Shown: positions 55,987 to 64,000 of the stretch, one piece after another | Position numbering within the stretch: the first letter of the stretch is position 1 | How the letters are laid out: each line of letters opens with the position of its first letter | Origin: Verrucomicrobiota bacterium | GTDB lineage: Bacteria > Verrucomicrobiota > Verrucomicrobiia > Opitutales > Coraliomargaritaceae | DNA: 64,000 nucleotides | Assembly: GCA_039815375.1 (NCBI GenBank) | Contig: JBCBZJ010000014.1 | Coordinates: 15,402-79,401 of the forward strand | Direction: 5' to 3' | Program-made: the position numbers and the translations under genes | The notes under the pieces: generated by a model | What the model saw: only the letters and a program-made list of their open reading frames with translations | The model's database searches: none | What the model was told of the DNA's origin: nothing

Positions 55987-57165
55987 TTAGCCTGCGCTGG
56001 GGAGCGGAAGGTCGACCTCAACGTCTTCTTCGTAATCAACACCGGGCAGATCGAAGCCAAAAAGCTGAAGGAAGTTCTCCTGATAGCCGGCATAGTCCGC
56101 CATGCCACTTAGGGTCTCGGTCGAAATTTCCGGCCATACCTTGGCCACAGCCTCCTGAACGTCAGGCTCCATTTCCCAATCGTCCACCCGGATACGGCCT
56201 TCTTCGTCGAGCTGCAAATCATCAGCATACAGGCGTTCGTTAAACAACCGCACCATTTGCTCGATTGTGTCCTCATGGGTGCCCTTCTCTTTCATCACTT
56301 TGAAGAGAATCGAAATGTAAAGCGGCACCACAGGAATCGCTGAGCTAGCCTGCGTCACCACGGCCTTATTGACGGCGACGTAGGCTTCACAGTCATAGGC
56401 TTCGGTGATGGCCTTAGCCGCACGCTCGACATCCTTCTTCGCCGCGCCAATCGTGCCGTTGGTGTAAACCGGCCAGGTAATCTCCGGACCGATGTAAGAA
56501 TAAGCGACTGACTTTGCTCCCGGAGCGAGCACGCCGGCTTCACTCAGAGCTTTCATCCAGATTTCCCAATCCTCTCCACCCATTACCTTTACGGTGTTCG
56601 CGATATCATCACCCTCGGCAGGATCGATGCTCACCTCGGTAACTTCGCTTTTGTCAGTATTGAGGGTGCGGTTGGTAAACGATGGACCTATCGGCTTGAG
56701 ACAGGACTTGTAGGTCTCGCCAGTTTCGGGATCAGTGCGGCGGGGAGACGCAAGGCTGTAGACCACCAGATCGACCTGGCCGAGATCGGCCTTAATCATC
56801 TCAATCGTTTGCTCCTTAATTTCATTGGAAAAGGCATCGCCGTTAATGCTCTTGGCGTAAAGTCCGGCCCCGTGTGCGGCTTTTTCAAAAGCAACGGAGT
56901 TATACCAACCCGCGCTGGCCGGCTTACCCTTTAAGGAAGGACGCTCAAAAAAAACGCCGAGTGTATCCGCCCCATGGCTGAATGCAGCTGCAACCCGACT
57001 GGACAGGCCGTAGCCCGTCGATGCACCGATCACGAGAACCTTCTTCGGGCCTCCCTCTTGCTTCGCCGCTTTAGCGACATCGATTTCGTGCTGAACGCGG
57101 GCAGCACAGCCCTTGGGGTGGGAAGTGATGCAGACAAATCCACGGATTTTCGGTTTAATGATCAT
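55987..57165 (-). CDS. fabV: Enoyl-ACP reductase FabV / trans-2-enoyl-CoA reductase
   Basis: MIIKPKIRGFVC...HP.GC, GASTGYGL, YSLASPRR, YSYIG, VTQASSAIP. Confidence 0.95.
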   Translation of the reverse strand: MIIKPKIRGFVCITSHPKGCAARVQHEIDVAKAAKQEGGPKKVLVIGASTGYGLSSRVAAAFSHGADTLGVFFERPSLKGKPASAGWYNSVAFEKAAHGAGLYAKSINGDAFSNEIKEQTIEMIKADLGQVDLVVYSLASPRRTDPETGETYKSCLKPIGPSFTNRTLNTDKSEVTEVSIDPAEGDDIANTVKVMGGEDWEIWMKALSEAGVLAPGAKSVAYSYIGPEITWPVYTNGTIGAAKKDVERAAKAITEAYDCEAYVAVNKAVVTQASSAIPVVPLYISILFKVMKEKGTHEDTIEQMVRLFNERLYADDLQLDEEGRIRVDDWEMEPDVQEAVAKVWPEISTETLSGMADYAGYQENFLQLFGFDLPGVDYEEDVEVDLPLPSAG

Positions 57166-57317
57166 AAGGCGCTGTGATATAAAAGGTTAGCGAAAGCTGA
57201 TAGAAGAGACTGCCTGTCGAAGTAGCAACCGGGAAGTTGTATTGGAGACCATAGGCTAAGACGGTTGACCTGAACCATTCAATTCCAACTTTCAAGTCTC
57301 GCCCCCCTGACCTCGAA

Positions 57318-58676
57318 TCAGCCCTTACCGATACCGCAGGCTTCAAAACCGATTTCACGAAGGGCTTCGATATCCAGAACATTGCGCCCGTCAAAAAGGA
57401 ATGCCGGCAGATGCATCGACTCATGAATCTTCTTGAAATCGAGTTCCTTGAATTCATCCCATTCGGTCAGAACGAGAATAGCATGCGCGTCCTTCGTGGC
57501 CTCGTAAACATCGTGGCAAACCGTCACAACTTCATCATCGTCGACAACCATTAGATCCTTGCGAATCTGAGATTCATTTACCTTCGGATCGTAGATCGAG
57601 AGGTTAGCCTGCTCTTCAATCAAGTCCCTGCAGATGTAAATCGCGGCCGACTCGCGCGTGTCGTTGGTGTCTTTCTTAAACGCAAAACCGAGCACGGCGA
57701 TTTTCTTGTCCGCAACGGTATTGAACATCGTCGAGATAACCCTGTGGCAGAAACGGTGTTTCTGATAGTCATTCATTTCGATCACGCCATTCCAGTAGGC
57801 CGCCACTTCCGGCAGACCGAAATGCTCGCAAAGGTAGACGAGATTCAGGATGTCCTTCTGAAAACAGGAACCACCAAAACCAACGGAAGACTTGAGGAAT
57901 TTCGGGCCGATCCGGCTATCCGTCCCGATAGAGTGTGCAACCTCATCAACATTGGCCTCGGTTGCTTCGCAGAGTGCAGAGATGGCATTGATGGAGGAAA
58001 TACGCTGCGCAAGGAAGGCATTGGCTGTGAGCTTCGAAAGTTCGGAAGACCAGACATTCGTTGTTAAGACGCGGTCTCGAGGCACCCAGGTCGCGTAGAT
58101 ATCGACGAGCTTCTGGATGGCGGCCTTACCCTCGGGAGTTTGCTCACCACCAATAAGAACTCGGTCCGGATTATCCAAATCACGAACGGCTGTGCCTTCG
58201 GCCAGGAACTCGGGATTTGATAGAATCTGGAAATTGCGACCCTTTGCGTTAGTCTCAAGAATCCGCTTGATCGACTCGGCAGTGCGCACCGGTAGTGTCG
58301 ACTTCTCAACCACGATTTTATCTCCCTCGGAAACCTCAGCAATTTTACGCGCACACTTTTCGATGAACCGGAGGTCCGCCGCCCGACCGGCCCCGACTCC
58401 ATAGGTCTTGGTCGGCGTATTGACCGATATAAAGATAATGTCTGCCTCGCGAATAGCGCCGTCCACATTTGTTGAGAAAAAGAGGTTCCGACCACGTGCG
58501 CTCTTCACAATCTCGTCCAAACCGGGCTCGTAAATCGGCAACTCATCCGAGTTCCAGGCGTCGATGCGCGCTTGGTTGATATCGACAACCGTGACAGCAT
58601 GATCCACGCATCTATGGGCGATCATTGCCATGGTGGGGCCACCGACATAGCCGGCTCCAATGCAGCAGATTTTCAT
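57318..58676 (-). CDS. ugd: UDP-glucose 6-dehydrogenase
   Basis: [53 protein letters not shown]; start at MKICC (58676). Confidence 0.95.
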   Translation of the reverse strand: MKICCIGAGYVGGPTMAMIAHRCVDHAVTVVDINQARIDAWNSDELPIYEPGLDEIVKSARGRNLFFSTNVDGAIREADIIFISVNTPTKTYGVGAGRAADLRFIEKCARKIAEVSEGDKIVVEKSTLPVRTAESIKRILETNAKGRNFQILSNPEFLAEGTAVRDLDNPDRVLIGGEQTPEGKAAIQKLVDIYATWVPRDRVLTTNVWSSELSKLTANAFLAQRISSINAISALCEATEANVDEVAHSIGTDSRIGPKFLKSSVGFGGSCFQKDILNLVYLCEHFGLPEVAAYWNGVIEMNDYQKHRFCHRVISTMFNTVADKKIAVLGFAFKKDTNDTRESAAIYICRDLIEEQANLSIYDPKVNESQIRKDLMVVDDDEVVTVCHDVYEATKDAHAILVLTEWDEFKELDFKKIHESMHLPAFLFDGRNVLDIEALREIGFEACGIGKG

Positions 58677-58765
58677 TTTGCCTGAGGCAACAGAAAATAT
58701 GGAGCCTGACAAGGAATTTTCATTGTGCTTTACGCCAGAGCCTGTGCATCGAATGATTCGGCCCC

Positions 58766-59377
58766 ATGCAGCAAGCCAGCGTCATTATTTTTCTCAAGGC
58801 ACCCTTTGCGGGCTTGGTCAAAACACGCCTGGCCCGCAGTCTGGGCGATGAACAGGCTCTCAAAGTATATAAGGCTCTGGCAGCAGGCCAAATAGAGAGA
58901 ATCGGCAACCGATTGCCACTCGAAGTGCACTTCGCTCCCGAGAACGCTGCAGATGCCATGCTGGACTGGCTCGGGCCTCAACATTCGCTCTACCCGCAAT
59001 GCGAAGGTGATCTTGGTAATCGTTTAATCTCCTCTATTCAATCGACCTACGAGCGGCACAAAGGTCCTGTGATCTGTATCGGCGGCGACTGCCCTGGACT
59101 GAATCAGGCTCATCTACTGCAGGCTGCTGCAGCCCTGGATACGGGCAGCGATTTGGTTCTCGGACCGAGCGAAGACGGCGGCTACTACTTGATTGGTTTT
59201 CGAAAGCCGACTCCGGAACTTTTGCAAGACATCCCCTGGAGCACAGCTGAGACGCTTAAAGCCACCATGCAACGGGCCCAGGAACTAGGCCTCAGCACAC
59301 ACAAACTCGAAACGCTCTACGATGTCGATGAGCTGCCGGAATTTGAGCGCGCACAGCGCGATGGACTCGTCATCTAG
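58766..59377 (+). CDS. TIGR04282/DUF2064-like glycosyltransferase (arsenosugar-cluster associated)
   Basis: [48 protein letters not shown]. Confidence 0.88.
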   Translation: MQQASVIIFLKAPFAGLVKTRLARSLGDEQALKVYKALAAGQIERIGNRLPLEVHFAPENAADAMLDWLGPQHSLYPQCEGDLGNRLISSIQSTYERHKGPVICIGGDCPGLNQAHLLQAAAALDTGSDLVLGPSEDGGYYLIGFRKPTPELLQDIPWSTAETLKATMQRAQELGLSTHKLETLYDVDELPEFERAQRDGLVI

Positions 59378-60544
59378 CTAACAGCAGCCTGAAGCACCAC
59401 CTTCCGTACACTGGGACGCCTCGGTTGTCGCATCATAGTCCTGCCCTTTGGTTTCCCTCGGATGGCGAAATCGAAATCGCGCACAGTCAAAGGGCTTCGC
59501 ATCGGCCTCGGGAATAGCTTTCAAGGGTTCCAATCCGGTGAAATGTCCGGCGTAGGGTCCACTTTGCAGTAGTTTGAAGGTCTTGTCGCAAACCGCTGTG
59601 CGCGCACCTCGGTCGAAACGATGTCCATCATCGTCCAAAACTGACTTGAATGGCCCCTGGTAAATCACGGCCTGATTGTGTTCGAAGCAGTCGCCTTGCT
59701 TACCCTTATAGGCCTGAACCGTGACCGAACGAAACTCGATACCTTCAACTGTCTGCCAGGGCACCGTCTCAAATTTAACTAGCTCAATCCCGTGAAATCC
59801 TGCCTTCTCGAAGGCTTTCAAAAAGCCCTCTTCGGTCAACGCTCCCGAAACACAACCGCTCCAAAGCTCAGCATCCTGCTGCATATGTTCCGGAACCTCC
59901 TCGTCACTGACAATATCGGAAATTACAGCACGCCCTCCACGCTTCAGCACACGGAAAATTTCCTCGAAAAGCTGACGCTTCTGGCCGGACTCAACCAGAT
60001 TCAAGACGCAATTTGAAACGACCACGTCAACCGATTCGGTCGGCACGAGCGGCTCCTTGGCCCGGAGCTCCTCAGCCACTTCGTCCAGTTGCAGGAAATC
60101 CGCCGCGCTCGTGACTGGTTTCGCCCGGAGAGCCACGTCAAGCTTTTCGAGATCGAGACCGAGATCCTGAATGCGCCCCTTACGAAACTCCACATTCGCA
60201 TAGCCCGTTTTTTCGGCCACTGTAGGCGCATTGCGGCGCGCCACTTCCAACATGTCATCGGTCATATCGACCCCGACCACCTTGCCCTCCGGCCCAACCA
60301 CCTGTGAAGCGATAAAGCAAATCTTGCCGGTTCCTGAGCCCAGATCGAGCACGGTCTCGCCCGGCTTCAACCACTTTGATGGGTCCCCACAGCCGTAATC
60401 CTTCTCGATCACCTCCTGCGGGATGATTTCGAGATATTTTTTATCGTAATCGACCGGACAGCACAAGGCCGCTTCCGGTTGCAGCGCGGCACTTGCGTAG
60501 CGTTTTTCGACGTTTGGGCGGATAGATATCGGATCACTCATCAT
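59378..60544 (-). CDS. ArsM/AS3MT-like SAM-dependent arsenite methyltransferase
   Basis: LCCP, YGCGDP, VLDLGSG.G, GVDMTDDML, VSNCVLNL, WSGCVSGAL, C-terminal domain (YQGPF...DDDGH..RG..AVC.KT), terminal GCC. Confidence 0.8.
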   Translation of the reverse strand: MMSDPISIRPNVEKRYASAALQPEAALCCPVDYDKKYLEIIPQEVIEKDYGCGDPSKWLKPGETVLDLGSGTGKICFIASQVVGPEGKVVGVDMTDDMLEVARRNAPTVAEKTGYANVEFRKGRIQDLGLDLEKLDVALRAKPVTSAADFLQLDEVAEELRAKEPLVPTESVDVVVSNCVLNLVESGQKRQLFEEIFRVLKRGGRAVISDIVSDEEVPEHMQQDAELWSGCVSGALTEEGFLKAFEKAGFHGIELVKFETVPWQTVEGIEFRSVTVQAYKGKQGDCFEHNQAVIYQGPFKSVLDDDGHRFDRGARTAVCDKTFKLLQSGPYAGHFTGLEPLKAIPEADAKPFDCARFRFRHPRETKGQDYDATTEASQCTEGGASGCC

Positions 60545-60573
60545 TTCTAATTTATGAGTTCGTCTTCAGGAAA

Positions 60574-62583
60574 TTATTTCCGGGGTGAATAATATTCTTC
60601 ATAGAGTTCCAGGCTCAGATCGCTTGCCCGCGCCCGGCCCTGTAAGCGAGCCAAGCGGTAACGCGAAACCAGCCGTAGCACGAGCGCGAACCGTGTAAGC
60701 CAATCTTCAGGATTCCACTTCTGCCGACTCGCACTACAAGGTTGCCCAAGAAAAACAAACTCACCGCATTCCCGCACCCGCCAACTCGATTCCACATCCT
60801 CCATTAATGGCTGCTTCGGCACAAAGTCGTATAGCAACGCACTCGTACGGTGGAAGAACTGCACCTGATCGCCAAATGCAGTCCGACTGAAAAGTGAGCG
60901 CATGTCATTAAGCAGTTCAATAATTGTGAGCTCGGCGCTGCCACCTTTGAAACGCTGACCAAAAGCCCCACCCATCATCTGAGGATTGGAATGCACCGCC
61001 GCCTTCAGGCAAGCAACTGCGTCGGGCTCCAATTCACAATCCGCATGGAGGATGGCCACCCATTCCGACCTCGCCGCTTCAATTCCGGCCACGATCTGCT
61101 GGCCTCGTCCTTTTTCTGCCGCAACTATCCTGATTGGAAATTGCATTTCTTTTGCTAAATCGAGGGTGCCATCGGTTGAGCCAGCATCCACGATGATCAG
61201 CTCATCGACACACGCAGACTGCACTTCAAGGCTCTTCAATGCCTTGGGTAATTCGTTCGCAGCATTGAGAGTGGGTATAATCACCGAGACAGTTTCACCG
61301 AATCCGGAGACAGGCCTCTTCGGCCACAAAACCCGCCCCCGCGTGCTCCACAGCTCATAGACCATTCCAATAAAAAACGGCCCCCAGAAAACAAGCTGCT
61401 GCCAGGGCCTAAGACCCCATTGTGGATTCATCCAGACGAAAAAATAGGCTCCCATAGTGAGCGAAAAGCTCAGCCAGGGCAAACTCGGGCGCAGCGCCAC
61501 AAACGGCATAAGCCAGGCCAGATACCAAAAATGCACCGTCGGCGAAAGCACGATGAGCGCGCCGAGGAACCAACGTATCTGTGTATCCATCGCAGACTGC
61601 TTTCGCAGCAGCCAGCGCCACAACAGGACGATCAGGAAGAGCCCTCCAACCACCGCAATCGAAACCGAGCGCGGCGCTCCAAGGCCAAGCCGGAGCAGGT
61701 CATAGATCGGGCCGTTGAAGCTCCGGGTGCTTCCGAATTGAAACAAGCCACTGAACAGTTGCGGCAAACTCTCCCAAAAAAACAACGCAGGCAGGATGAG
61801 CACAAGAAGCGCCACTGCAGCACCCGAGATCAGACGCCGTCCGGCAAAAAAAGGCAGCAGGGGCAACGTAACCCATTTGATCCCGCTGGAGATGGATGCC
61901 AGCGCAACGGCCCAGCGGGTGCGCCCGGTTTCGTAAAGCCAGAGAGCCCAGACGAGTGGTGCAACCATCAAAATGTCGAAGTGGGCTTCCCCCGCGAAAG
62001 ACAAAAGCACCATCGGATTGAATGCGTAGAACCCGGCAAAGCCAGGGCTCATTCCTCGTCGGCGTAAAAGCGCGAGCACAGCACCCAAAGTGATCAAATC
62101 CGCCAGAACGAAAACCAACTTGTAGCTCATCGGATGATAGGCAGCAAAGCCTATAACGGCAAAGGCCAACTCGGAGAGCGGCGGATAAGCCGTCGGCTTA
62201 TCCTTGTGGTTCATCCCTTCCCAGTAACGATCCCGAAACGTGCTCCACTCCTCCGCATCGGCAGCTTGCTCGTATGGGCTTATGCCATAACTCACCAGCT
62301 TTCCTTCCCAAAGGTAACGATTCACGTCATCCGAAGGCGCTGTCGGCAGCAACATGATCCGCAGCAACAATGCTGGTATCCAAATTATCAATACATGTTG
62401 CCGGAATTTTCGAATCGACGGCGCGAGAAAAATCATCAGCAGTCCGGAAGCTCCCATCACTGCCGGCAGCAAGACACGCCACCAACCCGGCCGATCAAAT
62501 TCGCTCGCGAGTTGCCCGTATGCACCTGATGCCAGGGCAGCTATGCCTACCATGATCAGCCACGCGCCAAGCCTTGCATTCAT
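60574..62583 (-). CDS. Fusion of a GT-C (DUF2029/GT87-like) membrane domain and a TIGR04283-like GT2 domain
   Basis: N-half SDDVNRYLWEG...YPP...FNP...GEAHFD with many TMs; C-half VSVIIPTLN, VDAGSTDGT, GRGQQ, LHAD, FGDQ, PLMEDVE. Confidence 0.8.
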   Translation of the reverse strand: MNARLGAWLIMVGIAALASGAYGQLASEFDRPGWWRVLLPAVMGASGLLMIFLAPSIRKFRQHVLIIWIPALLLRIMLLPTAPSDDVNRYLWEGKLVSYGISPYEQAADAEEWSTFRDRYWEGMNHKDKPTAYPPLSELAFAVIGFAAYHPMSYKLVFVLADLITLGAVLALLRRRGMSPGFAGFYAFNPMVLLSFAGEAHFDILMVAPLVWALWLYETGRTRWAVALASISSGIKWVTLPLLPFFAGRRLISGAAVALLVLILPALFFWESLPQLFSGLFQFGSTRSFNGPIYDLLRLGLGAPRSVSIAVVGGLFLIVLLWRWLLRKQSAMDTQIRWFLGALIVLSPTVHFWYLAWLMPFVALRPSLPWLSFSLTMGAYFFVWMNPQWGLRPWQQLVFWGPFFIGMVYELWSTRGRVLWPKRPVSGFGETVSVIIPTLNAANELPKALKSLEVQSACVDELIIVDAGSTDGTLDLAKEMQFPIRIVAAEKGRGQQIVAGIEAARSEWVAILHADCELEPDAVACLKAAVHSNPQMMGGAFGQRFKGGSAELTIIELLNDMRSLFSRTAFGDQVQFFHRTSALLYDFVPKQPLMEDVESSWRVRECGEFVFLGQPCSASRQKWNPEDWLTRFALVLRLVSRYRLARLQGRARASDLSLELYEEYYSPRK

Positions 62584-62592
62584 TTCCGGGAC

Positions 62593-64000
62593 CTAGGCAG
62601 CTCCTTCTGCCATGCTTTTAAAGCCGACCACACCAAAGCCGAGCGCGTAGATCACGACAAAAGGAATCAAACTGTATTGCCCGACCGACGCCATCACACC
62701 AACGGAACAGGCACAGTAGACCGAGGAGAGCACCTCGAATTTGGGGAACCAGTGGCGTTTGACGCCATATGCCTTAACACGCTTTTCCCCGGATTTCGGT
62801 GTGCGAACAAAGGTGCTATCATTGTCGAAGAGCCCTTCCAAAACGGCTTTCGCATTCGAAAGGCAGATACCGAACCCGACAATCAGTAGGAACGGCAAGC
62901 GAACCAGCCGCCCCCTCCAGTCTTGAGGATGCGCATAATACTGGCAGACGCCATATGCCATACTTGGACCAAGCGCGGCGGGAATCAGGAACGAAACAAA
63001 AAACAGAGAACTGAAGAGGGCCACACCCTCGCGAAAGCTCAGAATCAGGGGCAGAACCAAAAGCGCGAGCACCGCCATCTGTAAATGCAACCCGTAGTGC
63101 GTGAGGTGGATGGTCGCCTGAAGCTTCTTGAAGACAGGAATCGGTGCGCTCCAGACTTTCGGCATCAGCTTGCGTGCTGTCTGCATCGTCCCTTTCGCCC
63201 AGCGGTATTGTTGGCTCTTAAATGCTGAATAGGTCGGTGGAAGCTCTGCCGGAACGAGAAGATCAGGCAGATAGTGGAAACGCCAGCCTCGCAACTGTGC
63301 GCGGTAGGAAAGATCGAGATCCTCGGTCACGGTATCATGCTCCCAGCCGCCGGCATCTTCAATCGCCTCGCGACGCCAGACCCCTGCCGTGCCGCAGAAG
63401 TTCATAAAGAGCCCATTGCGCTGACGCGCTGTCTGCTCGACCACAAAATGGCCGTCAATGCCCATAGCCTGCGCTCGTGTTAGCCAGGAGTCCTTTTGGT
63501 TGATGTGGTCCCAACGCGCCTGCACTAACGCGCACCGATCATCCGCCAACAAATGCGGAAGCGAACTTCGCAAAAAATCCTTTGGTGGAATAAAATCACT
63601 ATCGAAAATCGCAATGAACTGACCTTTGGCCACTTTCATACCGGCTTCCATTGCACCCGCCTTGTAACCCACTCGGTTATCACGGCGGAAGACCTCGATC
63701 CAGTGCCCCGCTTTACGCAGATCGGCCGCGACCTGATCGACCAGCGCAATGGTCTCATCGTTCGAATCGTCCAACACTTGAATTTCGTGGCGGTCCTTCG
63801 GGTATTCGATCTCTGCGACTGCCCGGATCACACGCTCAGCCACATTGATCTCGTTATAGAGTGGGATTTGTGTGGTGACGATCGGAAGGCTCTCCGGATT
63901 TTCAAAATCTCGTGCGAAGCGTGCCTCGGTCTCTGCATCAGACTGCTTGTTGGCATTACGCTTCCTCATGAAGAGATAAATCATGATATAATTGTTCAAA
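62593..64000 (-). CDS. Processive GT2 (CslA/cellulose-synthase-like) glycosyltransferase; 5' end probably outside the window
   Basis: QIPLYNE, QVLDDS, YKAGA, FDSDF, TEDLDLS, QQYRWAKG (D,D,D,QxxRW), C-terminal TMs, FVRTPK; frame is open to the window edge. Confidence 0.88.
   Translation of the reverse strand, partial: LNNYIMIYLFMRKRNANKQSDAETEARFARDFENPESLPIVTTQIPLYNEINVAERVIRAVAEIEYPKDRHEIQVLDDSNDETIALVDQVAADLRKAGHWIEVFRRDNRVGYKAGAMEAGMKVAKGQFIAIFDSDFIPPKDFLRSSLPHLLADDRCALVQARWDHINQKDSWLTRAQAMGIDGHFVVEQTARQRNGLFMNFCGTAGVWRREAIEDAGGWEHDTVTEDLDLSYRAQLRGWRFHYLPDLLVPAELPPTYSAFKSQQYRWAKGTMQTARKLMPKVWSAPIPVFKKLQATIHLTHYGLHLQMAVLALLVLPLILSFREGVALFSSLFFVSFLIPAALGPSMAYGVCQYYAHPQDWRGRLVRLPFLLIVGFGICLSNAKAVLEGLFDNDSTFVRTPKSGEKRVKAYGVKRHWFPKFEVLSSVYCACSVGVMASVGQYSLIPFVVIYALGFGVVGFKSMAEGAA

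Overview
A gene-dense chromosomal window from a free-living bacterium. PEP-CTERM, ECF/FecR, TMTC-like and large secreted proteins suggest Verrucomicrobiota (Opitutales-like); this is inference only. Housekeeping content: dinB, a yhaM-like gene, lysS, a DinG helicase, a nuoB-N complex I operon with no nuoA, metK/ahcY/metY, coaB, fabV, ugd, an AddAB-like pair and tRNA-Asp. Accessory content: (1) a RES-Xre toxin-antitoxin pair; (2) a GxxExxY gene bracketed by inverted repeat arrays inside the metK-ahcY operon; (3) an SbtA / wHTH / voltage-gated Na+ channel / NhaR-like LysR cluster; (4) an ECF sigma-FecR locus whose candidate promoter (TAAATGTCATAA-N15-GTCTTwATGG) recurs before a downstream secreted protein; (5) a 205-bp-period GTAG-REP array; (6) a 102-117 nt structured non-coding element present twice; (7) two distant paralogs of an unnamed secreted domain; (8) at the right edge, an ArsM + TIGR04282/TIGR04283-like + GT-C + CslA-like glycosyltransferase cluster that may make arsenic-containing glycoconjugates. 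All family calls come from motif recognition by eye; no database searches were run.
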